A stretch of 64,000 nucleotides of DNA from Candidatus Bathyarchaeia archaeon. GTDB taxonomy: Archaea > Thermoproteota > Bathyarchaeia > 40CM-2-53-6. Below, piece after piece: positions 42,047-51,323 of this stretch. Both the position numbers and the translations under genes were made by a program. Each line of letters begins with the position of its first letter. Within the stretch, counting starts at the first letter, position 1. Where the stretch lies: assembly GCA_050013255.1 (NCBI GenBank), contig JBEKFP010000002.1:256001-320000 (forward strand), in the 5' to 3' direction. The notes beneath the pieces are model-generated. The model saw only the letters and a list, made by a program, of their open reading frames with translations, was not told the origin of the DNA and ran no database searches.

Positions 42047-42340
42047 ATGGGCGCTAGACTGAATCGGAGTGCTAACGATCTATTCGCATTCTATCTTACG
42101 CATCTGAATGGTGAGGAAGCGACAATTCTGCCTGCCATGTGGAAGCATTTCACAGATGATCAGCTCACTGCAATGCGCAGTAACGTTGAGACAAACATGT
42201 CGATGGAGCGATATGCTGAATGGATGAGTTGGATGTTCCCATCGCGCAACATTAACGAACTGACTGGCATGTTCATGGGATTGAAGAAGGCACCGGCACC
42301 TGTTCGCGAAAATATGTCCCGTATAGCAGAAAAAGGCTCT
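42047..42340 (+). pseudogene. Hemerythrin-domain protein fragment
   Basis: YLTHLNGEEATILPAMWKHFTDDQL; both ends appear missing. Confidence 0.55.
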
Positions 42341-42347
42341 GTTGCAT

Positions 42348-42731
42348 CTATGGGACACGCCCTTTCCCGTTTTTCGCGTTGCTTTTCGGGACATCCTCGG
42401 CTGAAATACGCTCTAAGAGAATCCGCTTTATTTTGTCTTCATCAAGTTCAATCTCGACCCGTTCAATCTTTATTTTCTGAACTTTCCCACTCAACTTCTT
42501 GAATAGCAATTTAGCCGCGAGTTCCGCGGCGAAAGGGGTTGCAATTTCGATTGCTAACTTCACGGTCTCAGGATATGCAAATCCTTCACGAATGATGATT
42601 TCCTCGTATGTTAGGACACAATCCTTGGCAATTTCCTTGGTCATCCCCATGGTAGTTTGTTGTGTTGCGAATAGATCGCATACGAGTAGGAATCCATGCA
42701 GTGCTTCTAACTCAACCTTAATCTTCAACAA
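42348..42731 (-). CDS. Hypothetical protein
   Basis: 127-aa ORF overlapping the upstream gene's stop. Confidence 0.5.
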   Translation of the reverse strand: MLKIKVELEALHGFLLVCDLFATQQTTMGMTKEIAKDCVLTYEEIIIREGFAYPETVKLAIEIATPFAAELAAKLLFKKLSGKVQKIKIERVEIELDEDKIKRILLERISAEDVPKSNAKNGKGRVP

Positions 42732-43030
42732 TCTGCAACAGAGCCCTGCAGATTCTTCCTAAGTCTGCTTCGAGTTAGTGGCGGCGTCTGGTTTCTTGCT
42801 TCCTTGATCTCCGTCTTGATTCTTTCCCGCGTTAGTCCCGCTGACCTAGCGCTCCTGAAAATTTTTTGTCTCAACTCTTTGCAGGAATCTCTCAGTGCAA
42901 GATAGCGCAGTGATTTTTCGCCGTTGCCATTCTTAATTTCTTCGAACAGGTCGTCACACGCGTTTTCCCGTTCAGCCAAGTCATGGATTCTGTTGTGGAA
43001 CTCATGAAAACCTGTCGTCATCACAATCAC
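42725..43030 (-). CDS. Hypothetical helical protein
   Basis: 101-aa ORF; TTTAAA ~25 nt upstream. Confidence 0.5.
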   Translation of the reverse strand: MIVMTTGFHEFHNRIHDLAERENACDDLFEEIKNGNGEKSLRYLALRDSCKELRQKIFRSARSAGLTRERIKTEIKEARNQTPPLTRSRLRKNLQGSVADC

Positions 43031-43482
43031 AGCCTCATTGGGCTGGTCGGTTTAAAGTGCTTAGGCCAACTAGAATCGCATAAACAGGTGAATCATTGTT
43101 TCAGGTTGCCGTGAAAGCTGCTATCAGGTGTGAACTTTGCATCACCCCTTTTTTTCCTTCTCAGCCTTCCCCCCTCAACCACTCAATATTGATGACGCAT
43201 ACAAGATAGTCAAGCAAAAGGTCCATCTCTGGGGAACCGCAAGTAGTTGGTGGGCGCGTAAGAATGGAGAGAGTTGTTCCTGGGTGTCCAGGCTGCGGTG
43301 GAAAAATGATTTTCTATTCCAGTGACGCTTATTCGGAACATTACATCTGTCCGGCTTGCGACCGGTTTCTGGGGATTCCAAGACCGATTGACTTCTTCCG
43401 TAAGTGAGTCCCGCCATCATTGGATCTAAAGGTCTTGCACCGCAGGCCGGACATGATTCCCGTAACGTCATGCCTTTGTGCA

Positions 43483-43508
43483 TGTGGTTCCCTTGGTGCG
43501 CACACACG
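43483..43508 (-). repeat. GTGTG-CGCACCA-CCACA repeat copy
   Basis: TGTGGTTCCCTTGGTGCGCACACACG (plus strand). Confidence 0.7.
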
Positions 43509-44142
43509 GGTTTCCCAATCTTTGCTACAATACTGGGAAAAGTGGCGCTCCTAGAACACGACTAGGATCGGTCTTAGGTAAAGCCCATGTAAAGCGACAT
43601 TCAGAGATCATTGTTCTTGTTCTCAGCAAGATAATGATAAGGTGATTCCTTCCTGAATCGCTCATAGTGCACTCTCACATTATCGACAAATCGGCCAAAA
43701 TCCATTCTATACGAAGATCCGTCGAACGGTGCCCGCGAATAGTCAATCGACTCAATCTTCCTAGATTCCCACGCTTCCATATCATGGACATGGCAATACG
43801 TTAAGTAGCTCGGTCCGCAACGGTGGCGTGTGAACACCTCATGGCGAACAAAGCAGGCCCACAAAGTAACTGCGGAGAATGTGGCAAAGACTTAGTCCAT
43901 AGGCCCGTCCGTAACTGGGGCACATGTGAAGCATGCGAAGTTATGTTCTGTAAGAACTGCCTTCAAGTATTCCACAACTTGAATTGTGAGAGTTTACGAA
44001 TAACGCCACACTAACGGTGCTGGTACATCGCCGTCGGAGGACTCACATGCATGTCAAACTTATCCTAGGAAGACTTAGCTTTGATGTGATCACACCGTCG
44101 TCATTCAACGTTCTTAATGGTAAGCAAATGGACGGCCATGAT

Positions 44143-44274
44143 TTACGGTGTAGTTGCTTCTCGCTGGCCATTCCTCAGCTCGCTTAATAGTTCGTCATCG
44201 GTCAACGGGCTCTTTCGTTCAATGACGTCAATCACAGACAGCTGTAATGGTCGTGGTCCGTACACTTTTTCCAA
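44143..44274 (-). pseudogene. Small wHTH-like gene downstream of cdc48, apparently 3'-truncated
   Basis: MEKVYGPRPLQLSVIDVIERKSPLTDDELLSELRNGQREATTP*; stops before the expected recognition helix and wing. Confidence 0.5.
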
Positions 44275-44290
44275 CGAGCGGTCACTTGGC

Positions 44291-46471
44291 CTAGGCTATC
44301 GGCGAACGTGCTGCGGCTCTTTCTCTTCTAAGCCTCTTCGAGAATTTCTGGTACCATGCGTCGTCTTCGGGGGCTATGCTAGGACCAACTCGTTCCATCG
44401 CTTCATCAAAATCCCGCCTTGAGACCTCTGAGGCATCTACGTCTTCTCGTAAAGCGTTCATGGCCGCTTCTCTGCAGATTGCTTCAATGTCTGCACCTGA
44501 ATAGCCTTGTGCTTTCCTTGCGAGTTCATCCAATGACACGTCTTTAGAGAGGGGCATTGAGCCTGCGTGAATTCCGAATATCTCCTTGAGTGACTCGAAG
44601 TCTGGCGAGGGAACGTAGATCAGTCTATCGAATCTTCCCGGCCTCATCACTGCTGGATCTAGCATGTCCGGCCGATTGGTGGCTGCGATTACGAGAACGT
44701 TCTGCAATGTTTCTATGCCGTCGATTTCAGTCAGGAGCTGACTTATCACCCGTTGGCTGGCTCCAGAATCAGCGTATCCCAATCCGCGTCTCGGCACTAT
44801 GGCATCCAATTCATCGAAGAATATTATTGCAGGAGCTGCGGTTCTTCCTTTTCGAAAGACTTCGCGGATAGCCTTCTCTGACTCTCCAACCCACTTGGAG
44901 AATATTTCTGGACCTTTTATTGAAATGAAATTGGCCTCGCTTTCTGTTGCTACCGCTCGTGCTAGGAGCGTCTTACCGGAACCAGGTGGTCCGTAGAGCA
45001 GGATTCCACGCGGCGGATTGATTCCCATTCTCTTGAATACTTCAGGCTTCTTAATCGGCCATTCAACAGATTCCATAAGTTCCTGTTTGACTTGCTTCAA
45101 ACCACCGACCTGTGTCCATTGTACCTGCGGGACTTCGACGTAGACTTCGCGCATTGCTGTAGGCGTGATCTCTCGGTATGCTGACGTGAAGTCCTCCATC
45201 TTGACAACCATTTTTTCGAGGATTTCGGGCGCAATGCGTTCCTTCTCCAAGTTGGTTTCTGGTATGTACCGTCGGAGCGCCTTCATCGCCGCTTCTCGAC
45301 ATAGCGAGGCAATGTCGGCTCCAGTGTATCCATGTGTCACGTCTGCAAGTCGCTTCAGATCCATGTTTTCACCGAGCGGCATATTCCTCGTATGAATCTG
45401 GAGCGCTTCATATCTTCCCGCTTTGTCTGGAACTCCGATCTCGATTTCGCGGTCGAATCTCCCGGGTCGACGCAGTGCTGGGTCGATTGCGTTCGGCCGG
45501 TTGGTTGCACCGATTACTATTACGTTGCCGCGAGATCCCATTCCATCCATCAAAGACAGGAGCTGTGCGACGACTCGACGTTCTACTTCGCCCGTTACTT
45601 CTTCACGTTTTGGTGCGATCGCATCCATTTCGTCAATGAAGATTATGCTAGGCGATGTCTCCTGTGCTTTTTGGAATATCTCCCGTAATCTCGCTTCTGA
45701 TTCCCCATAGAACTTTGACATTATCTCCGGTCCGGAGATCACGTAGAAGTTTGCGTCAGACTCGTTAGCAAGAACTTTTGCGAGAAGTGTCTTGCCGCAA
45801 CCTGGAAATCCATACAGAAATACTCCTCTAGGTGGCTCGATACCAAGTCGCTGGAAAAGTTCCGGATGTCTGAGAGGCAGTTCTACCATCTCACGTATTC
45901 TTTGTATCTCTTCGTGTAGACCGCCTATGTCTTCGTACGTTACTATCGAGATCCCTTTCTTCTCGGGCGTCGGCTCACTCAATACTTGGACATGAGCTGT
46001 CTCTGTAATCTTCACTGGGCCATGCGGACGTGTTCTCGTGACTATCAACGGAACGGCGCTTCCGAAGATCGAAAGAAGAGTCATCTCTCCTTCAACAAAC
46101 GGCATGTCCATAAATCGTCTTTTCACGAAACGCACAAATTCCTCGTCCACACTCAGGCGTACATCTGTTGGCGCGAACACGATCGCTTCGGCCTCTTTCA
46201 CGTCTGCCTTTCTAACGTTGACGTACTCGTTTAGAGCAACACCCGCATTCCTTCGAATAAGGCCGTCCATCCTTACAATTTCTTGTCCTTGATCTTCAGC
46301 GTACGCGGGCCATGCTACAGCTACAGTCATCTTTTTCCCATGAATTTCAACAAAATCTCCCGCAGTGATTCCGAGCTTCTGCATCGTGTCGTTGTCAATG
46401 CGGACCTTGCCGTGCCCAACATCTCGCTGCCTGGCGTCAGCAACCTTCAAAGAGATTTCTCTACTACTCAT
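44291..46471 (-). CDS. cdc48: CDC48/VCP family AAA ATPase
   Basis: N-domain plus two AAA modules (GFPGCGKT, GPPGSGKT; RPGRFDR twice). Confidence 0.96.
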   Translation of the reverse strand: MSSREISLKVADARQRDVGHGKVRIDNDTMQKLGITAGDFVEIHGKKMTVAVAWPAYAEDQGQEIVRMDGLIRRNAGVALNEYVNVRKADVKEAEAIVFAPTDVRLSVDEEFVRFVKRRFMDMPFVEGEMTLLSIFGSAVPLIVTRTRPHGPVKITETAHVQVLSEPTPEKKGISIVTYEDIGGLHEEIQRIREMVELPLRHPELFQRLGIEPPRGVFLYGFPGCGKTLLAKVLANESDANFYVISGPEIMSKFYGESEARLREIFQKAQETSPSIIFIDEMDAIAPKREEVTGEVERRVVAQLLSLMDGMGSRGNVIVIGATNRPNAIDPALRRPGRFDREIEIGVPDKAGRYEALQIHTRNMPLGENMDLKRLADVTHGYTGADIASLCREAAMKALRRYIPETNLEKERIAPEILEKMVVKMEDFTSAYREITPTAMREVYVEVPQVQWTQVGGLKQVKQELMESVEWPIKKPEVFKRMGINPPRGILLYGPPGSGKTLLARAVATESEANFISIKGPEIFSKWVGESEKAIREVFRKGRTAAPAIIFFDELDAIVPRRGLGYADSGASQRVISQLLTEIDGIETLQNVLVIAATNRPDMLDPAVMRPGRFDRLIYVPSPDFESLKEIFGIHAGSMPLSKDVSLDELARKAQGYSGADIEAICREAAMNALREDVDASEVSRRDFDEAMERVGPSIAPEDDAWYQKFSKRLRRERAAARSPIA

Positions 46472-46483
46472 TCTCTCATTCTC

Positions 46484-46750
46484 TCAGAATACATTAGGAT
46501 TCGTGCCGACCAGACCGAATCTCCAGTCTCGTTTCCAGACCTTCTCTGCCACAGGAAAGGGGAGCACGGCATTGTAGAAGTCAAAACTGTGAAAGCCAGG
46601 TATCGGACGAATACCCTTAACGAGGATGCGGAATAGCTCTCTTGCGGCATGGGCATCGACTGTGAAAATCATGCCCGTTTTACCGCCAGACGTCTTCCAT
46701 AGTTGCGCTAACAAGCCTTCGCGTGCTGGTTCCCTCGATATCAAAGCCAT
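46484..46750 (-). CDS. Hypothetical protein upstream of cdc48
   Basis: 88-aa ORF ending 12 nt before the cdc48 start. Confidence 0.5.
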   Translation of the reverse strand: MALISREPAREGLLAQLWKTSGGKTGMIFTVDAHAARELFRILVKGIRPIPGFHSFDFYNAVLPFPVAEKVWKRDWRFGLVGTNPNVF

Positions 46751-46885
46751 AGTGATATCTCACGTTGGCTATTCGCGACGATTAATCCTATGGATCGTAT
46801 TTGTGAGGGCTTCAACTTCTGAAGTGCAGACTCGAATATCTGTTTGGAGGGTTTTCGCCCCCTGAAGATGGTTGCGTGTCAACAA

Positions 46886-48166
46886 CTACGAAACCCGCCG
46901 GTTTTTCATAAATGCGTAGCTTCGGCGGTGCGAATATCGGAAGTTTGAACGGGGAGGGTGCCTTGAGTACTGATGGGATCTTCTTTCGAACGCGCGTCGA
47001 GTTTCATCGCTGGATCTGCTCGATCCCTCTCTCCTAGCGGTGAATGCGTCCGGGCCAGAGCTGAAGTTAAGTCGCTCAATCCGGTCGTCTGCCATCGATT
47101 GTATTGTCCGAAAGTCGACATTTTGCTCCGTGGATACTATCGTCACTGCGGTTCCTGTCTTGCCAGCTCGTCCGGTTCGACCAATCCTGTGAAAGTAAGT
47201 ATACGGATTCTGAGGAACGTCATAGTTGATGATGTGTGTAACTCCGTCAACATCTAAGCCTCTTCCGGCCAGGTCAGTGGCAACTAGGATACGACTCTGA
47301 CCGCTTCGAAATGCGTTCATTGCTCTATCGCGTTGATGTTGGGTGAGGTCACCGTTTAGTGCTATGGCATCTTGATTTCTTCTCCCGAGTGATTGGTTCA
47401 GCCAGAATGTGCTGCGTTTGGTTCGACAGAAAACTATGGCACGTTGTACTTCTTTGTCCTGCAGGATTCTTAGGAGCGCATCAAGTTTTCTTTCTTGGTC
47501 CACTTGGTAGTAGTATTGGCTGATCTCCTTGACATTGAGGTCCTCCGGTTCGATCAGGACTTCGCGAGGGTTCTTCATATGCCTACGGGCAAGTTTCAGT
47601 ACTTCCTTGGGCATCGTAGCGGAGAAGAACGCGATTTGACGTTTACTCCTAGTCTTAGTTAGAATATGCTCAACGTCATCAATGAAACCCATGTCCAGCA
47701 TTCTGTCAGCCTCATCCAGAACAACGCACTGGACTTTTTCAAGGTGAAGGGATCCACGTTCTATATGGTCGATGACTCGTCCTGGTGTTCCAACTATGAT
47801 CTGCGGGCAATCTCTCAAGGCGCGTATTTGCAGATTAATTGATTGGCCACCATAGATTGCAAGAGCGTGCTTGCGAGTGAATCTGCCATACGAGTTGATA
47901 TCGCTGGCTACTTGCACTGCAAGCTCGCGTGTCGGAACGAGCACCAGCGCCTGAATGTTCAGGTTCTTTTCGTCAACGATCTCCAGGAGCGGTAGGCCGA
48001 AGGCAGCGGTCTTTCCAGTTCCAGTATGCGCTTGACCAATGACATCGCTTCCGTGCCGCAGAAGCGGAATAGTTGCTTCTTGGATCGGAAACTGTTTCTC
48101 GAATCCAAGTGCCTTGATAGCGTCCAATATTTCTGGGCTTAAGCCCAGTTTCTCGAAATTACTCAT
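46886..48166 (-). CDS. DEAD-box RNA helicase
   Basis: Q motif, AHTGTGKT, PTRELA, DEAD, SAT, HRIGRTGR; GGAG SD. Confidence 0.95.
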   Translation of the reverse strand: MSNFEKLGLSPEILDAIKALGFEKQFPIQEATIPLLRHGSDVIGQAHTGTGKTAAFGLPLLEIVDEKNLNIQALVLVPTRELAVQVASDINSYGRFTRKHALAIYGGQSINLQIRALRDCPQIIVGTPGRVIDHIERGSLHLEKVQCVVLDEADRMLDMGFIDDVEHILTKTRSKRQIAFFSATMPKEVLKLARRHMKNPREVLIEPEDLNVKEISQYYYQVDQERKLDALLRILQDKEVQRAIVFCRTKRSTFWLNQSLGRRNQDAIALNGDLTQHQRDRAMNAFRSGQSRILVATDLAGRGLDVDGVTHIINYDVPQNPYTYFHRIGRTGRAGKTGTAVTIVSTEQNVDFRTIQSMADDRIERLNFSSGPDAFTARREGSSRSSDETRRAFERRSHQYSRHPPRSNFRYSHRRSYAFMKNRRVS

Positions 48167-48557
48167 TGATTATCTCCTTATCCTCCATTCATGTCGCAGG
48201 TCTGAAATGAAGGCCGAAAACTGATTCCATCTCGGTCTTTGACCCATTGTGGGAACGAGACTTCGGTTGTTTCCTCGGACTTCCGCGACTTCGGTCAGTT
48301 GCAACAAGAAGAAGAACATGCGGGCAATTGTTGTAAATGACTCGCGTCTCTCGTTCTCGACAACTAACTTTGTGTGTTCTTGCCGTCGTTCTATATAAGG
48401 ATAGAAAGGCAAGTTTCGTGAGTAATCTTGGTTAGAAGATGAAATCGTCTATCTTCTCAGTAACAGGGAATAGTACATCAGTTAACAGAATAATGTTCCA
48501 CGTCACACTGTCCTTTTCGTTTTCAAGTATTTATCCATGGGATTCTCGTCTGAGAAG

Positions 48558-48710
48558 TGGTGCGGCCGCCGGGATTCGGACCCGGGTTTCCTCGTTGCTG
48601 CGATTGCAACTTTGAGGCTTGGGAAGCCCCCGTCATAGACCAGGCTATCCCTCCAACCTTTCCAGGTTGGGAACTGGACCACGGCCTAATGGAGCAATCC
48701 GTGCTCACGC
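48558..48710 (-). tRNA. tRNA-Gly(CCC) with three non-canonical introns (3/4: 48686-48707; 15/16: 48645-48673; 45/46: 48588-48611)
   Basis: Removing three BHB-type segments gives GCGGCCGTGGTCCAGCCTGGTCTATGACGGGGGCTTCCCAAGCCTCAAACCCGGGTCCGAATCCCGGCGGCCGCACCA, a complete cloverleaf. Confidence 0.9.
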
Positions 48711-48760
48711 ACTCAAAGTCCAGCCACGACGACCGCAAATCCGGAAAGCATCGAGCTCAC

Positions 48761-48768
48761 AATAAAAA
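48761..48768 (-). promoter_or_regulatory. Probable TATA box of tRNA-Gly
   Basis: TTTTTATT ~25 nt upstream of 48736, implying a ~26-nt 5' leader. Confidence 0.45.
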
Positions 48769-48968
48769 TCTCCCGACTCACGTGGAACAAAACATCATGG
48801 AAACCCATCCCATAAGGCGCCTCAGATATCTTTGAGATTCTAGAACCGGGACCCTATCCGTTGGCATGCGGGGAAGTGGCAGAAGCGTTTCAATCGGGCG
48901 CGGCCTAACTACTCGTGGGAACGCTATGGTCACGCGTTGAAACAGTTAGGCTTGGGAAAGGGTGCGGC

Positions 48969-51186
48969 CTAGGCTTCCATGAAGTCTTCTGCCTTCTGCG
49001 GTTCGGGGGGTAGGCCTTTACGTTCGCGAATGCCGGTGATGATTTGGTTTAGTAGGGAATTCGGGACGGGTGCCCAACGGGAAAACTCCAATCCCCAGAA
49101 TGCCCGCCCTTGGGAAGCGCCGCGCATGACCTCTGAGAGGTCGAAGGTTTCCGCTGTTGGGAGTTCCCCAACCACGTAGACTAGGTGGCCGCGTTGGTCG
49201 ACTGAGAGGATTTTCCCGCGTTTCTGTGAGATTACACTCGTCGCGGCTCCTAGTAGTTCTGGTGGTACCTTCACCGTGATTTTTTGGACTGGTTCCAGTA
49301 GAACTGGGTTTGCGCTGAGGAATGCCACGAAGAACGCCCTTCTGCTCATTGGCATGATTTGGGCCGGTCCTCTGTGCACTGGGTCTTCGTGAAGTGAGAC
49401 ATCCGTGACCTTTACCCTGACCCCTCGAATCTGCTCATACGCGAGGGGGCCTTCTTTTATTCCCCAGCGGTAACCTGCAATAACCATTTCCTTGACCTCT
49501 TGGACGTATTGGGCCCCTTTCGTCACTTCCAAAAGCATGTTGCTTCCCTCGTCAACGCTCCACACCCCACGGGCTTCGTCAGCAGGCCATCCTTCTTCTC
49601 GAAGTACCTTGGCCATTTCATGTTTGTCCTGGTATTCCCCAATCTTGCCCTCCTTGATCATGTCGACGATTTTGTCGGGCAGGGGTTCAACTTCCAGGTA
49701 GATCTTGTTGTGCTTGTTAGGTGACTTGCCTTCCACAGGCCCGGCGGTGCCTCTGATGCTTTCGCGGTAAATCACGATTGGTTTGGAGGTTACTATTTCC
49801 AACCCGGTTTTCGTTATTAGCGTGTTCGCTATTTCCAAGTGCAGCGTGCCCATTCCGGCTATGAGGTACTCGCCGGTTTCTTCGTTGATCTTCGTCACGA
49901 GGTTCGGGTCTTCGAGGGTCAACCTTCGCAGTACTTCCACGAGTTTAGGAAGGTCCCTGCTGTATTTCGGTTCGACGGCCATCGTAACGACGGGTTCGGT
50001 GACATAGTGGACGGCTTCGAAGGGCGCGATGTCCTTTATCGTTGATAGTGTCTCGCCGGCCTTCGCAGCATCTAAGCCTAGAAGGGCGGGTATATTGCCT
50101 GCGCTTAATGTGCCCACGATTTCTCGGTATGGCCCCATGAAGATGCATACCTGCTGAACTCTCTGGTCAACTCTTGCTCCGAGTAAGTGGAATGTTGACG
50201 CTTCATGGATTGTTCCTGAGAATAGCCTGCCGCTGGCGACGACCCCAGCTTGCGGGTCAACAACAATGTTCGTGATCGCCATAACTACTGGGCCGTTGTC
50301 GTCGCAGTTCATCATGGCTTGGCCGACTTCGCTGTTTATGTCCCCCTTCCAAATCTTCGGAATCCGATACTTCTGTGCTACATGTGGCGGGGGCAGATGC
50401 TCCACTGCCATGTTGAGGATGGCTTCGTCAAGCGATGCTCGCTCTTTTAGTTCGCTTACCTTTTCGTTCAGGTAGGCGTCGACGACATCGGAGAATTTGA
50501 CATTCTTCTCCTTCGCGATTTCCGCGTTGAATCCCCATCGGTCCTTGGCGGAACCCATGGCCACAGTGTTCGATGCGAAGCTTACCTTCCATTTCTCACG
50601 GTACTCAGGTTCAGCGTAGAGCTCGATTAGGCGGTTGAACTCGGTGATTATGCGCCCGACTCTCTCTTGAATCTGCTCGGGCGACAACCTCAATTCTTTG
50701 ATGAGGCGGTCAATCTTGTTAATGTACAGCACAGGCCGCACACGTTCCTCAAGCGCCTGCCTCGTCACCGTCTCCGTCTGAACCATAATCTCCTCAACAG
50801 AATCCACAACTACAACCGCACCGTCAATCGCCCTAAGCGAGCGTGTGACTCTTCCAGAAAAGTCAACGTGGCCTGGTGTGTCGATTAGGTTAATGACGTA
50901 CGGTATCCCATTCCTTTCGTGTAACAGGCTTATGTTCGCAGCCTTAATGGTCATCTGGCGCTTTTGCTCTTCCTCCATGTAATCTAGGGCTAGCGCTGTC
51001 CCAGCCATGCCTGGTGACAGAAGACCAGCAGCTGCAAGGAGGGAGTCGCTCATCGTCGTTTTGCCGTGGTCGACGTGGGCAATGATTCCCATATCTTCCG
51101 GACGCAGAACTAGGCTACGTCATTCGGATTTGTTCCTTGTTAGCTATGATCCTCTGTATTTCCGTCGTAGATTTGTAACGGGGCAT
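48969..51186 (-). CDS. fusA: Translation elongation factor EF-2, join(51123..51186, 48969..51094), 729 aa after removing a 28-nt intron
   Basis: AHVDHGKT, DTPGH, NKID, diphthamide loop HEDPVHRG; exon 1 MPRYKSTTEIQRIIANKEQIR joins N-MGIIAH. Confidence 0.93.
51095..51122 (-). other. Putative BHB-type (tRNA-endonuclease-spliced) mRNA intron in EF-2
   Basis: UCCG/CGGA central helix, AA|U and AG|A bulges, 7-bp GACGUAG/CUGCGUC stem; contains in-frame UAG. Confidence 0.85.
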
Positions 51187-51323
51187 TTTTTCTCAACTCT
51201 GCTCCGAAATCGAGAAGGCAACATGACTCAATATCATTAAAGCATTATGCTTGGTTCTGCCCAGTTTTCGGGGCACCCTTTTGCCCATCCAGTAACGGAG
51301 CACGGCTTACGTTTCTGGCGCTG

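Noticed and set aside
44090-44152. ACACCGT/ACGGTGT hairpin as an intron rescuing the truncated gene after cdc48
   Set aside because: Geometry is not BHB, the predicted splice keeps the stop codon and downstream frames show no wHTH continuation
48730-48736. GCGGTCG as the real 5' end of tRNA-Gly
   Set aside because: It gives no proper D-arm join, whereas GCG at 48708-48710 has an exact BHB-type junction; treated as leader
51090-51186. EF-2 break as a sequencing frameshift or programmed ribosomal frameshift
   Set aside because: It needs removal of 28 extra nt, not a 1-nt slip, and the insert has precise BHB geometry; a read check is still advised
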